Shown piece after piece: positions 35,410 to 42,949 of a stretch of 50,439 nt of DNA. The translations under genes were made by a program, and so were the position numbers. The notes beneath the pieces are model-generated. The model did no database searches. It was not told where the DNA came from and was given only the letters and a program-made list of their open reading frames with translations. The stretch is from contig CAYJQY010000007.1 of NCBI GenBank assembly GCA_964372905.1, forward strand, positions 5,229-55,667, given 5' to 3'. How positions within the stretch are numbered: position 1 is the stretch's first letter; the number at the start of each line of letters is the position of its first letter. The DNA is from an uncultured Candidatus Saccharibacteria bacterium. Its GTDB lineage: Bacteria; Patescibacteriota; Doudnabacteria; UBA920.

Positions 35410-35527
35410 GTCCGCCGAAGCCGGGGTTGCCTAAGAAAACTATTGGAGCATACGTTTTCAAGCTTTAGCGAAGCTAAAGCGTGGAAAACCAGCGACCTAG
35501 TTTTCGCGGCAACCGGCTTCGGCGGAC
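35410..35527. other. 118-nt element bounded by ~20-bp inverted repeats with an internal perfect hairpin
   Basis: GTCCGCCGAAGCCGGGGTTGCC (35410-35431) pairs with GGCAACCGGCTTCGGCGGAC (35508-35527). Internal hairpin is GCTTTAGC gaa GCTAAAGC (35462-35480). It lies between the AI-2E transporter stop and the zwf start. Confidence 0.55.
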
Positions 35528-35573
35528 TGTGCATAATCAATCACCTATAATTTCCTCGCCAATCTATACCGTA

Positions 35574-36605
35574 CTAACTCTGCAGATAATCCTTAAAATC
35601 AGTCCGATACATATCGATCAAAGCCACAAAAATCGCCATAAGAATAGGTCCAAGCAGGAAGCCCAAAAAGCCGAAAACTGAAAGGCCACCGACAATTGAC
35701 AGCAGGACCAACAGCGGATGAAGACGCAAGCGCGTACCAATAAGTTTGGGGCTCAAGACATTGTCGATTAACCCCACGGCCAGCGCTCCCCAAATAGCCA
35801 GCCCGATACCAGCAGTGAGATGCCCGGTGAAAAGCAAATATAATACCGCGGGGATCAGCAACAAAGAGGTGCCCACGGTGGGAACTAAGGCCGCCAGTAC
35901 GGTGGCCATAGCCCAAAGCAATGGCTGGGGCACGCCGAAAATTAAAAATCCAATTAGCGCCACCCCGCCTTGAGCCAGCGCGGTTAAGAATGAACCTTTA
36001 ACCACGCCATTAATGGCCAGCACAATCTTGTGAAACAAAATATTCTCTTGATTGTTAGCAATCGGCGACAGGTCCATCAAAATTTTTATGATGTGCTTGC
36101 CGTCGCGCAACAGATAAAATAAAGAGAAAAATAACAAGAATAACTGGATAAAAAACGTAGCCAGGTTCGAGACGATGTTGGAAAAAGTCTGAAACGCGTT
36201 GCCGGTGAAACGCGCCACGATGTTGCTCAAATCCTGGCTGGCAGCAGTTGCGGCGCTTTGAAGTTGGGGCGGCAAATAACTGATTAATTCATTTTGGTTG
36301 CTAAACAGGCCTTGTCCCGCAACCCTGTCATAAGCAGCGAGCAGCTCATTGAGGATGAGCTGGCCAAACAGCAGCAGCGGCAAAAGCAGGATCGCGAGAA
36401 TGACCAGGAGTGTCAGGGCCGCCGCCCAACTTTCCGATTTAACCCTGTTGCCTATCCGCTGATAAATAGGATAGAACAGTATAGCCAAAATAATGGCCAG
36501 GGCCAGGATGTTCAAAAAGGGCCGCAACACCGCTACGACTATGACAAAAACGACGGCGAGGATAACGAGGAAGCTGATAATTTGCAGACGTTTGTAGGTT
36601 ATCAT
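35574..36605 (-). CDS. AI-2E family transporter (PerM/UPF0118)
   Basis: 343 aa with about 8 TM helices. Typical family layout, ending in GFLGFLLGPILMAIF. Confidence 0.75.
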   Translation of the reverse strand: MITYKRLQIISFLVILAVVFVIVVAVLRPFLNILALAIILAILFYPIYQRIGNRVKSESWAAALTLLVILAILLLPLLLFGQLILNELLAAYDRVAGQGLFSNQNELISYLPPQLQSAATAASQDLSNIVARFTGNAFQTFSNIVSNLATFFIQLFLLFFSLFYLLRDGKHIIKILMDLSPIANNQENILFHKIVLAINGVVKGSFLTALAQGGVALIGFLIFGVPQPLLWAMATVLAALVPTVGTSLLLIPAVLYLLFTGHLTAGIGLAIWGALAVGLIDNVLSPKLIGTRLRLHPLLVLLSIVGGLSVFGFLGFLLGPILMAIFVALIDMYRTDFKDYLQS

Positions 36606-36683
36606 ATATTATATAAAGATAGTCTCTTTATTAGTATAGCAAAAAACCACAATTCTGTACGTGGGAGTGCGCGGGGCGGATTA

Positions 36684-36711
36684 TTGACAAAAAGTTAAAG
36701 ATGTTTATAAT
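36684..36711 (+). promoter_or_regulatory. Consensus sigma70-type promoter
   Basis: TTGACA (36684-36689), 16 nt, TATAAT (36706-36711). Both hexamers are perfect. Confidence 0.6.
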
Positions 36712-36729
36712 TAAACTATAAAGGACTTT

Positions 36730-36792
36730 ATGGCCAATATCAGTATAGTCAATATTATTAAAAATATTATCCTCGCCCGCTTCGGGACATAG
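36730..36792 (+). CDS. 20-codon micro-ORF (leader peptide, small hydrophobic peptide, or non-coding)
   Basis: AAGGA lies 5 nt upstream of the ATG. Translation is MANISIVNIIKNIILARFGT (6 Ile, 3 Asn). It sits between the consensus promoter and a terminator. Confidence 0.2.
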   Translation: MANISIVNIIKNIILARFGT

Positions 36793-36829
36793 GCTGGATA
36801 TAGTTTTGGCTCTTTTACATCCATAGCCA

Positions 36830-36851
36830 CCGTCCCCAAGGACGGATTTTT
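36830..36851 (+). terminator. Rho-independent terminator
   Basis: CCGTCC ccaa GGACGG followed by ATTTTTATTTT. Confidence 0.6.
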
Positions 36852-36977
36852 ATTTTAATAGGGAGCTTTCTCCGCGGAGAATCGCTCGCTATGGGATGAG
36901 GCTGTAGCTAGAGCTTCAGCCAATACTCGCATAACGACCAACCTGTGCGGAGAATTTTCGCTGTTAGGAGAGCTACT

Positions 36978-37136
36978 ATGAATGGAACGAAGGAGGAGAA
37001 GGATGACGACGGAGGGGTCCGACAGGACCCCAGGAACATTCCGGACTGGCCGAAACGGCCGCCCGGCGTGGCCGTGACCCCGCCCGTAAGCGGGGACCCC
37101 GTGGGCGGGGACACAGATGACCCCGCTTATGATTGA
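36978..37136 (+). CDS. Questionable 52-aa acidic/proline-rich ORF inside a GC-rich structured island
   Basis: SD-like AGGAGA lies 6 nt upstream of the ATG. Translation is MNGTKEEKDDDGGVRQDPRNIPDWPKRPPGVAVTPPVSGDPVGGDTDDPAYD. The same DNA is full of GC hairpins and is open on the other strand too, so coding status is unresolved. Confidence 0.2.
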   Translation: MNGTKEEKDDDGGVRQDPRNIPDWPKRPPGVAVTPPVSGDPVGGDTDDPAYD

Positions 37137-37145
37137 GACAAGGAC

Positions 37146-37190
37146 CGGCCAAAGAGAAGACGATGGAAGTTACATCTTCTTCTCTTTGGC
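37146..37190. other. Perfect 14-bp stem hairpin
   Basis: GGCCAAAGAGAAGA (37146-37159) pairs with TCTTCTCTTTGGCC (37177-37190). The 17-nt loop contains a further GATG/CATC pairing. Confidence 0.7.
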
Positions 37191-37213
37191 CGCCCACTTT
37201 ACGCTCCAGCTTA

Positions 37214-37242
37214 TTGACACCGCCAAAAATTTATTTTAAACT
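37214..37242 (+). promoter_or_regulatory. Candidate typA promoter
   Basis: TTGACA (37214-37219), 17 nt, TAAACT (37237-37242). Confidence 0.45.
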
Positions 37243-37361
37243 GCTTACAAGAAGCCTGACCCGCAGGCATTTTTTATTGCAGCCGGCGCGCAAAAGGAGT
37301 ACACAGAAAGCTCTTCTAAAAAATTTTTGCGCTTTATTATTTTGAGCTTTAACTTTTATTC

Positions 37362-39293
37362 ATGAAACGCGAAAACATCCGCAATGTGGCCATCATCGCC
37401 CATGTTGACCACGGCAAGACCACGCTGGTGGACGCCATGCTCAAACAAACGCAGTCAGTTAAAAATGACAGCGCCGATTTGATTATGGACTCCATGGATT
37501 TGGAGCGCGAGCGCGGCATCACCATTACCGCCAAAAACGCTTCCATTGAATACAACGGCATGCGCATTAACATAGTGGACACGCCGGGCCACGCGGATTT
37601 CGGCGGCGAAGTTGAGCGCACCCTGCGCATGGCCGATGGCGTGCTCCTGCTGGTTGATGCCAAAGAAGGGCCCATGCCGCAAACCAAGTTCGTCCTGCGC
37701 AAAGCCTTGGAGCTCGGCCATCAGGCCATTGTGGTCATCAATAAAGTTGATAAACCCGACGCGCAAATCGACGAAGTCGTCAACCGCACCTTTGACCTGT
37801 TCGTCCAGCTCAAAGCCAGCGACGCCCAGCTGGACTTTCCCATTATTTACGCCAGCGGCATTTATGGCGTGGCTAACACAGACTTGCCTGCTTTGCAAAA
37901 AGCCCTCAACTCCGGCGACGCTCTGCCCAATGAGCAACACAACATCGTGCCAATCTTTGAAGCCATCATCAAGCACATTCCCGCCCCCGAAATTCAGCCC
38001 AATGACCCCTTTGCCATGCTCGTCCTGGCGCTGCGCTACGATAATTACAAAGGCAAAATCGGCATCGGCAAAATCCAGTCTGGCACAGTGAAAAAAGCCC
38101 AGACCATTGCCAAAATCAAGCGCGACGGCAGTGTCAGCCAGGGTAAAGTTACCAGTCTGCAAATGTACCGCGGGCTAATCCCGGCGGAAGTCGAAGAAGC
38201 CGCGGCCGGCGACATTGTCGCAGTCGGTGGGTTCGACGATATCCAGATCGGCGAAACTTTATCCGACGCTGCCAATCCTAAACAGATCCCTCCCGTAGAA
38301 ATCGAACAACCGACGATTAAGATGACATTCGGCGTGAATACTTCGCCCTTTGCCGGACGCGAAGGCAAGCTCGTAACCTCGCGCAATCTGCGCGGCCGCT
38401 TACACAAGGAACTGGAAACCAATGTGGCTTTGAAAGTCGAACCGGCCGAAACTGGGGACGCCTTTCTGGTATCCGGCCGCGGCGAACTGCATCTGGGCGT
38501 GCTCATCGAAACCATGCGGCGCGAAGGCTTTGAACTGCAAGTTTCCCAGCCGCAAGTTATCTATAAATATGAAGAAAACGGCCAAAAGTTGGAGCCGTAC
38601 GAAATTTTAACCATCGACGTACCCAGCGAATACCAGGGCGCGGTCATTGAAGAAGTCGGGCGCCGCGGCGGCGAGTTACAGCATATGGACATCGGTGGCG
38701 GTCAGCCCGGCGGCAGCGCGGACAGCGGCGGCGCGACTGCCGGCGCCGGCGGGCAAAGCCGGTCCGCAGGGCTCACCGGCGAACTCCACGCCGAGTACCT
38801 AATCCCTACCCGCGGCCTCATCGGCCTGAAAAATTTACTCCTCACCCGCACGCGCGGCATGGCTATTGTCAATAATTTATTCGATTCTTACCGGCTAACC
38901 CACGAGATTGATTTACGAGGCAACGAACATGGCTCGCTCATTGCCTCTGAAGCTGGCGTGTCCAACGCCTACGGCCTCAACAACGCCCAGGAGCGCGGCA
39001 TCTTATTTATTGGCCCTGCGGTAGAAGTCTACGAGGGTATGGTCGTGGGCAAAAATTCCGTTGACACTGACTTGGAAATCAATGTTACTAAAACCAAAAA
39101 ACTGTCCAACATGCGGGCGTCAGGTTCGGACGAAGGCATTATTTTGACGCCGCCCCGCGAGGTTACGTTGGACTTCTCCCTGGAATACATCGGTCCGGAT
39201 GAGCTGGTCGAGGTTACGCCAAAAAGTATCCGGGTCCGCAAGCGCGTCCTCTCGTCTGTTGAGCGTAAACGCAGCAGGCGCCAGGGACAATAA
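37362..39293 (+). CDS. typA: Translational GTPase TypA/BipA with a Gly/Ser/Ala-rich insert
   Basis: [19 protein letters not shown] (G1), [14 protein letters not shown] (G3), NKVD (G4), with EF-G-like domains following. Confidence 0.93.
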   Translation: MKRENIRNVAIIAHVDHGKTTLVDAMLKQTQSVKNDSADLIMDSMDLERERGITITAKNASIEYNGMRINIVDTPGHADFGGEVERTLRMADGVLLLVDAKEGPMPQTKFVLRKALELGHQAIVVINKVDKPDAQIDEVVNRTFDLFVQLKASDAQLDFPIIYASGIYGVANTDLPALQKALNSGDALPNEQHNIVPIFEAIIKHIPAPEIQPNDPFAMLVLALRYDNYKGKIGIGKIQSGTVKKAQTIAKIKRDGSVSQGKVTSLQMYRGLIPAEVEEAAAGDIVAVGGFDDIQIGETLSDAANPKQIPPVEIEQPTIKMTFGVNTSPFAGREGKLVTSRNLRGRLHKELETNVALKVEPAETGDAFLVSGRGELHLGVLIETMRREGFELQVSQPQVIYKYEENGQKLEPYEILTIDVPSEYQGAVIEEVGRRGGELQHMDIGGGQPGGSADSGGATAGAGGQSRSAGLTGELHAEYLIPTRGLIGLKNLLLTRTRGMAIVNNLFDSYRLTHEIDLRGNEHGSLIASEAGVSNAYGLNNAQERGILFIGPAVEVYEGMVVGKNSVDTDLEINVTKTKKLSNMRASGSDEGIILTPPREVTLDFSLEYIGPDELVEVTPKSIRVRKRVLSSVERKRSRRQGQ

Positions 39294-39321
39294 GAGCAAG
39301 AACAATAGGCAACAAAAAAAT

Positions 39322-39336
39322 CCCCCGAGCCGGGGG
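39322..39336. terminator. Bidirectional rho-independent terminator
   Basis: CCCCCG agc CGGGGG, flanked by A7 upstream and T-run downstream (AAAAAAATCCCCCGAGCCGGGGGGTTTTTT). It serves typA (+) and the small minus-strand ORF. Confidence 0.8.
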
Positions 39337-39357
39337 GTTTTTTATAACTTAAATCTG

Positions 39358-39534
39358 TTATTTGCCGATACTGGCGGCTGCAGCGCCGTCATGTACCTCT
39401 ACATTCTGGCCGCCTCTATCGCTTGAATCGCCGCTGGCCAACAATGAAATGGCCGGCAAAGTAATGGCCGCAGCAATGGCCACTGCCGTTGCGACCTTAG
39501 TGACTTTATTGTAAGTATGATGAGAATTGGGCAT
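39358..39534 (-). CDS. Hypothetical 58-aa protein with signal-peptide/TM-like segment
   Basis: MPNSHHTYNKVTKVATAVAIAAAITLPAISLLASGDSSDRGGQNVEVHDGAAAASIGK. It has its own promoter-like element upstream and a terminator downstream, but no clear SD. Confidence 0.35.
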   Translation of the reverse strand: MPNSHHTYNKVTKVATAVAIAAAITLPAISLLASGDSSDRGGQNVEVHDGAAAASIGK

Positions 39535-39621
39535 GGGCTGGATTGGCAAAAAAAGCTTACTCGAAGCTTCGAAACTTTTTCGATAAAAAACTAACGAATC
39601 GCTCGTTAATATCTATATATA

Positions 39622-39650
39622 ATTATAGCACAATTTTGAAATTTGCGCAA
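39622..39650 (-). promoter_or_regulatory. Candidate extended -10 promoter for the 58-aa ORF
   Basis: On the minus strand: TTGCGC, 17 nt (ending in TGC), TATAAT. Plus-strand GCGCAA is at 39645-39650 and ATTATA at 39622-39627. Confidence 0.45.
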
Positions 39651-39683
39651 TGGGATGACAAAAAATACCTTAAATAAGGCAAA

Positions 39684-40652
39684 TTAGACTAAGGCCTGGC
39701 TCAAGATAAGATCAAGCAAAACTCGAGGCGGCGTGCTGGACGATTTCAATTCAAAATCAAGATGCTCGAACTTTTTCAGCGTATCAAGCGCCAGCTCCGG
39801 CTTAAATCTTTGGGCAATTTTTTTTACGATAAACAGCCGGCCCTGCTTCCACGAAGTTAAAGCCAGAATTTTAGAGTCAGGCAGGCGCTGAGCTGTGAAT
39901 TGCTGAACCATGACAATGCTGCGGAATTGGTCTGCCAGTAAGGCATTGAGCTGAATGACTTTGGCCTTTTCGTCGCTACCGTCAGCCACCGCAAAAAATC
40001 TCTGTAGGTAATCCAGCACGCCGGATAAATTTTTGTCGGCAATGGCGTTGATGACTTTCCAAACTTCAATGTCCTGATTGGGACTGACCAATGCTTCCAC
40101 GGCGGCCGTTGTTATGGGCTTGCCGGCGGAGTACTCTAACAATTTATCGATTTCATTGGCCGCCTGCCAAAGATTGTGGGATACGGCGTCGGCGCGCGCG
40201 GGAAAGGCGTTTGTGGTTGGCTCACCGGCCAGGCGCTCGGCCAAGGCCCGCGCCGCGGCGGCTTCAATCTTGCCGCCGCGCTCTTTGACCCGCCCGGTTA
40301 TCCATTTGACCAAAACGGCGCCCTCGGGAACGGCAAATTCTTTCACAGTAATGCGCTTATCCTTTAATAACGCTTGCGTTGCTAGAGTGCGCTTGTCCAG
40401 TTTTGGTTCGATGAAAATGATGTGGTTGGCGCTGGCCGCCAGTTCATCTACATGAGCGGCGGCTTCCAGCGGCCCCAAGGCTTGAGACAGCAACCAAATT
40501 TTTGCCGATTCAAACAAGCTGGCCTCGGTCAGCCGCTGAATAGTTACTTCGCTGCCTGCTGCGCGCTCAACTGGGAGGCCCAGCCGCGCAGCCAGTTCAT
40601 CAACAAATTCCTGTTTGGAAAAATCATCAGAACCCAACAGAATATATACCAT
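39684..40652 (-). CDS. holA: DNA polymerase III delta subunit
   Basis: MVYILLGSDDFSKQEFVDEL start typical of HolA, about 320 aa, helical C-terminal domains. The upstream extension of the track ORF (to 40691) runs into an inverted repeat and is not favoured. Confidence 0.65.
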   Translation of the reverse strand: MVYILLGSDDFSKQEFVDELAARLGLPVERAAGSEVTIQRLTEASLFESAKIWLLSQALGPLEAAAHVDELAASANHIIFIEPKLDKRTLATQALLKDKRITVKEFAVPEGAVLVKWITGRVKERGGKIEAAAARALAERLAGEPTTNAFPARADAVSHNLWQAANEIDKLLEYSAGKPITTAAVEALVSPNQDIEVWKVINAIADKNLSGVLDYLQRFFAVADGSDEKAKVIQLNALLADQFRSIVMVQQFTAQRLPDSKILALTSWKQGRLFIVKKIAQRFKPELALDTLKKFEHLDFELKSSSTPPRVLLDLILSQALV

Positions 40653-40661
40653 ATGGTTATA

Positions 40662-40795
40662 GCACCGGCGAACGTGCCAGTTCCGACACACTCGCTCGTC
40701 CAGCGACTCGCTCGCTCTGTCCTCGGCCGCCTCCGCCTGCGGCGGACCATGCAGACGGCCTGCGGATGGTCTCCACTGGCAACGTTCGCCGGTGC
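40662..40795. other. 134-nt GC-rich element closed by a 20-bp inverted repeat
   Basis: GCACCGGCGAACGTGCCAGT (40662-40681) pairs with ACTGGCAACGTTCGCCGGTGC (40775-40795): 20 bp with one bulge. Internal hairpins are CCGCC tgc GGCGG and GACCATGCAG..CTGCGGATGGTC. The element ends 10 nt from the holA ATG. Confidence 0.6.
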
Positions 40796-40818
40796 ATCAT
40801 CATAAAAAATAAATAAAA

Positions 40819-41019
40819 TTACTCGCCACCGAACAAATCCCGACGTTTCTTGTGAACTTTGGCCAGCATCATTTTCTGCAAATCGCTCTGCCGCACCATC
40901 CATTCCTGCCCGATCTTAAACGCCGGCAACAAATTGTGCTTGCACCAAACATAAATGGTCTTTTTCGATACGCCAAAAAACTTGGCAATTTCCGGGACGG
41001 TGAGGATGCGGTCGGTCAT
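40819..41019 (-). CDS. Helix-turn-helix DNA-binding protein, excisionase/MerR-like family
   Basis: LTVPEIAKFFGVSKKTIYVWCKHNLLPAFKIGQEWMV matches the excisionase-family HTH pattern. 66 aa. Confidence 0.7.
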   Translation of the reverse strand: MTDRILTVPEIAKFFGVSKKTIYVWCKHNLLPAFKIGQEWMVRQSDLQKMMLAKVHKKRRDLFGGE

Positions 41020-41075
41020 GCTGGTATTGTAGCACTGCGGCTTAACAGAGCAAGCGCAATCCCGAATTTCTTGAT

Positions 41076-42863
41076 ATGATAATGGCAGACTTTCGCATGG
41101 AAACCGAAGAAAATCACCTGTCCTATTCTCCCCGGCAATTAGTCCGGGACATTTACCGGTTCATCCGCCCCTACCGGTGGCGGTTTTGGCTGGGCTCGTT
41201 TTTGCGCTTCAGCAGCGATATTTCCTACTTGTACACTGCTTACGCGCTGGCCTCAATAGTGACTTTTTTCAGCAAGTACTCGGCCGGCCAATCGCTGGCG
41301 CCGTTTTGGCACATCATGATCATATGGATCGGGGTAGTGCTCTACTGGAACATAGCGCACCACTGGGCCAAATTCCTCTGCTACCAGATTGCGGAAAAAA
41401 TTTCGCTGGACGCGCAACTGGCCACCACTAAACATCTCTTTGCCCTGGACCTGGCCTGGCACGAGCAGGAAAACGCCGGCAACAAATTGAAACGCATCCT
41501 AAACGGCGGCAGAGGGCTGGAAAACAGCGTGCGCATGTGGGTGACCAATCTTATTGAGATTTCAGTCAACTTCATTGGCACGATCATAATTATTTCCCGG
41601 TTTGACCGCTTTATTGGCGGGCTAATGGTGGGGTTTTTAGTCATTTATTTTATTCTGGGATTCTTTTTGCTCCGCCGAGCCAAAGCGGCCGCCGCGCAGG
41701 TCAATGACGTTGAAGAAGATTTGCACGGCTTGTCTTTTGAGGGACTAAATAACATCCGCAGCGTCAAAAGCATGCGCCTGGCCCCAGCGCTGATGCCGCT
41801 CTTGAAACGGACGGCCGCCGATTTGTTCCAAAAAATCCGCAAACGAATTTTCCGCTTTCAAAGCCAGGGCCTGGTGCTCAACTTCTGGGCCCAGGGCTTC
41901 CGGCTTAGCATGTTTATCTACATTGGCTACGGCATTATTCAGGGCCATTATGAAATCGGGTTCTTAATCCTGTTTAACGGTTACTTTGTAAGGATTTGGG
42001 AATCGGTCAGCGAATTGTCCGATGTCACCCAAAACTTCATTGTGGCCAAGCTGGGCGTGGGACGGATGATGGCCATTTTAAATGAACCCATACGGATTGA
42101 TGATGAAGCCGGCAAGGCGGGGTTTCTGGCGGATTGGAAGCAGATCAGCCTGCGCGGCGTGTCCTTCTCTTACGGCGAAACGCAGGCCCTGGATAATATT
42201 TCCTTTGACATCCGGCGCGGCGAAAAAATCGGCATAGTGGGACTTTCCGGAGCGGGCAAATCCACTCTTTTCAAATTGCTGCTCAAAGAAAATGAAAGCT
42301 ATTCCGGCGAGATTTTATTTGACGGAGTGCCTCTTAGAAACATAAAGAAATCATCTTACTTGGAACGGGCCGCCGTAGTGCTGCAGGAAACCGAGGTCTT
42401 TAATTTCACTTTGCGCGATAACATTACCATTGCCAACCAAAACCAGACCGGCAACCAACAACTGCTGGAGCTTGCTTCAACCGTGGCCCATGTGTCGGAT
42501 TTTTTGCACAAACTGCCTCACGGCCTGGACACGCGCATCGGCGAAAAAGGCATTCGGCTGTCTGGCGGGGAAAAACAGCGCGTGGGCATTGCGCGCGCCA
42601 TCTTCAAACAGCCGCAGCTTTTACTGTTAGATGAAGCCACATCCCACCTTGACTTGGAATCCGAAGAAAAAATCCGTGACTCGCTCCACCAGTTTTTCCA
42701 AAGCGTTACCGCGCTAGTTATTGCCCATCGGCTCACCACCATTAAAGAAATGGACCGGATTTTGGTGATTGAAGACGGCAGCATTATTGAATCGGGCAGT
42801 TTCGATGAACTTCACAACAAACGCGGCCGGTTTTTTGAATTATGGGAGAAGCAAAAACTTTAA
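41076..42863 (+). CDS. ABC exporter, fused permease/ATPase (MsbA-like type I exporter)
   Basis: Six-TM N-terminal half. Walker A GLSGAGKST, signature LSGGEKQR, Walker B LLLLDEATSHLD. Confidence 0.9.
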   Translation: MIMADFRMETEENHLSYSPRQLVRDIYRFIRPYRWRFWLGSFLRFSSDISYLYTAYALASIVTFFSKYSAGQSLAPFWHIMIIWIGVVLYWNIAHHWAKFLCYQIAEKISLDAQLATTKHLFALDLAWHEQENAGNKLKRILNGGRGLENSVRMWVTNLIEISVNFIGTIIIISRFDRFIGGLMVGFLVIYFILGFFLLRRAKAAAAQVNDVEEDLHGLSFEGLNNIRSVKSMRLAPALMPLLKRTAADLFQKIRKRIFRFQSQGLVLNFWAQGFRLSMFIYIGYGIIQGHYEIGFLILFNGYFVRIWESVSELSDVTQNFIVAKLGVGRMMAILNEPIRIDDEAGKAGFLADWKQISLRGVSFSYGETQALDNISFDIRRGEKIGIVGLSGAGKSTLFKLLLKENESYSGEILFDGVPLRNIKKSSYLERAAVVLQETEVFNFTLRDNITIANQNQTGNQQLLELASTVAHVSDFLHKLPHGLDTRIGEKGIRLSGGEKQRVGIARAIFKQPQLLLLDEATSHLDLESEEKIRDSLHQFFQSVTALVIAHRLTTIKEMDRILVIEDGSIIESGSFDELHNKRGRFFELWEKQKL

Positions 42864-42870
42864 GCAAGAA

Positions 42871-42903
42871 CCGCCCCGATGTACATCGGGGCGGTTTATC
42901 TTT
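42871..42903 (+). terminator. Rho-independent terminator
   Basis: Palindrome CCGCCCCGAT gtac ATCGGGGCGG followed by TTTATCTTTT. Confidence 0.8.
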
Positions 42904-42949
42904 TCTTTAAAAAGAACTATACTATCATCTCTCCTAAATTTCTTCTAAA

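Noticed and set aside
37005-37135. Possible RNase P RNA. GACGACGGAGGGGTCCGAC resembles the region around E. coli P4 (GACGGGCGGAGGGGAGGAAAGUCCGGGC), and ACAGATGACCCCGCTTAT resembles ACAGAACCCGGCUUAU.
   Set aside because: The universally conserved GGAAAGUCC core is missing. The two motifs are only ~100 nt apart (about 290 nt in type A RNAs), and no specificity-domain elements are present. I treat the resemblance as coincidental pending a covariance-model scan.
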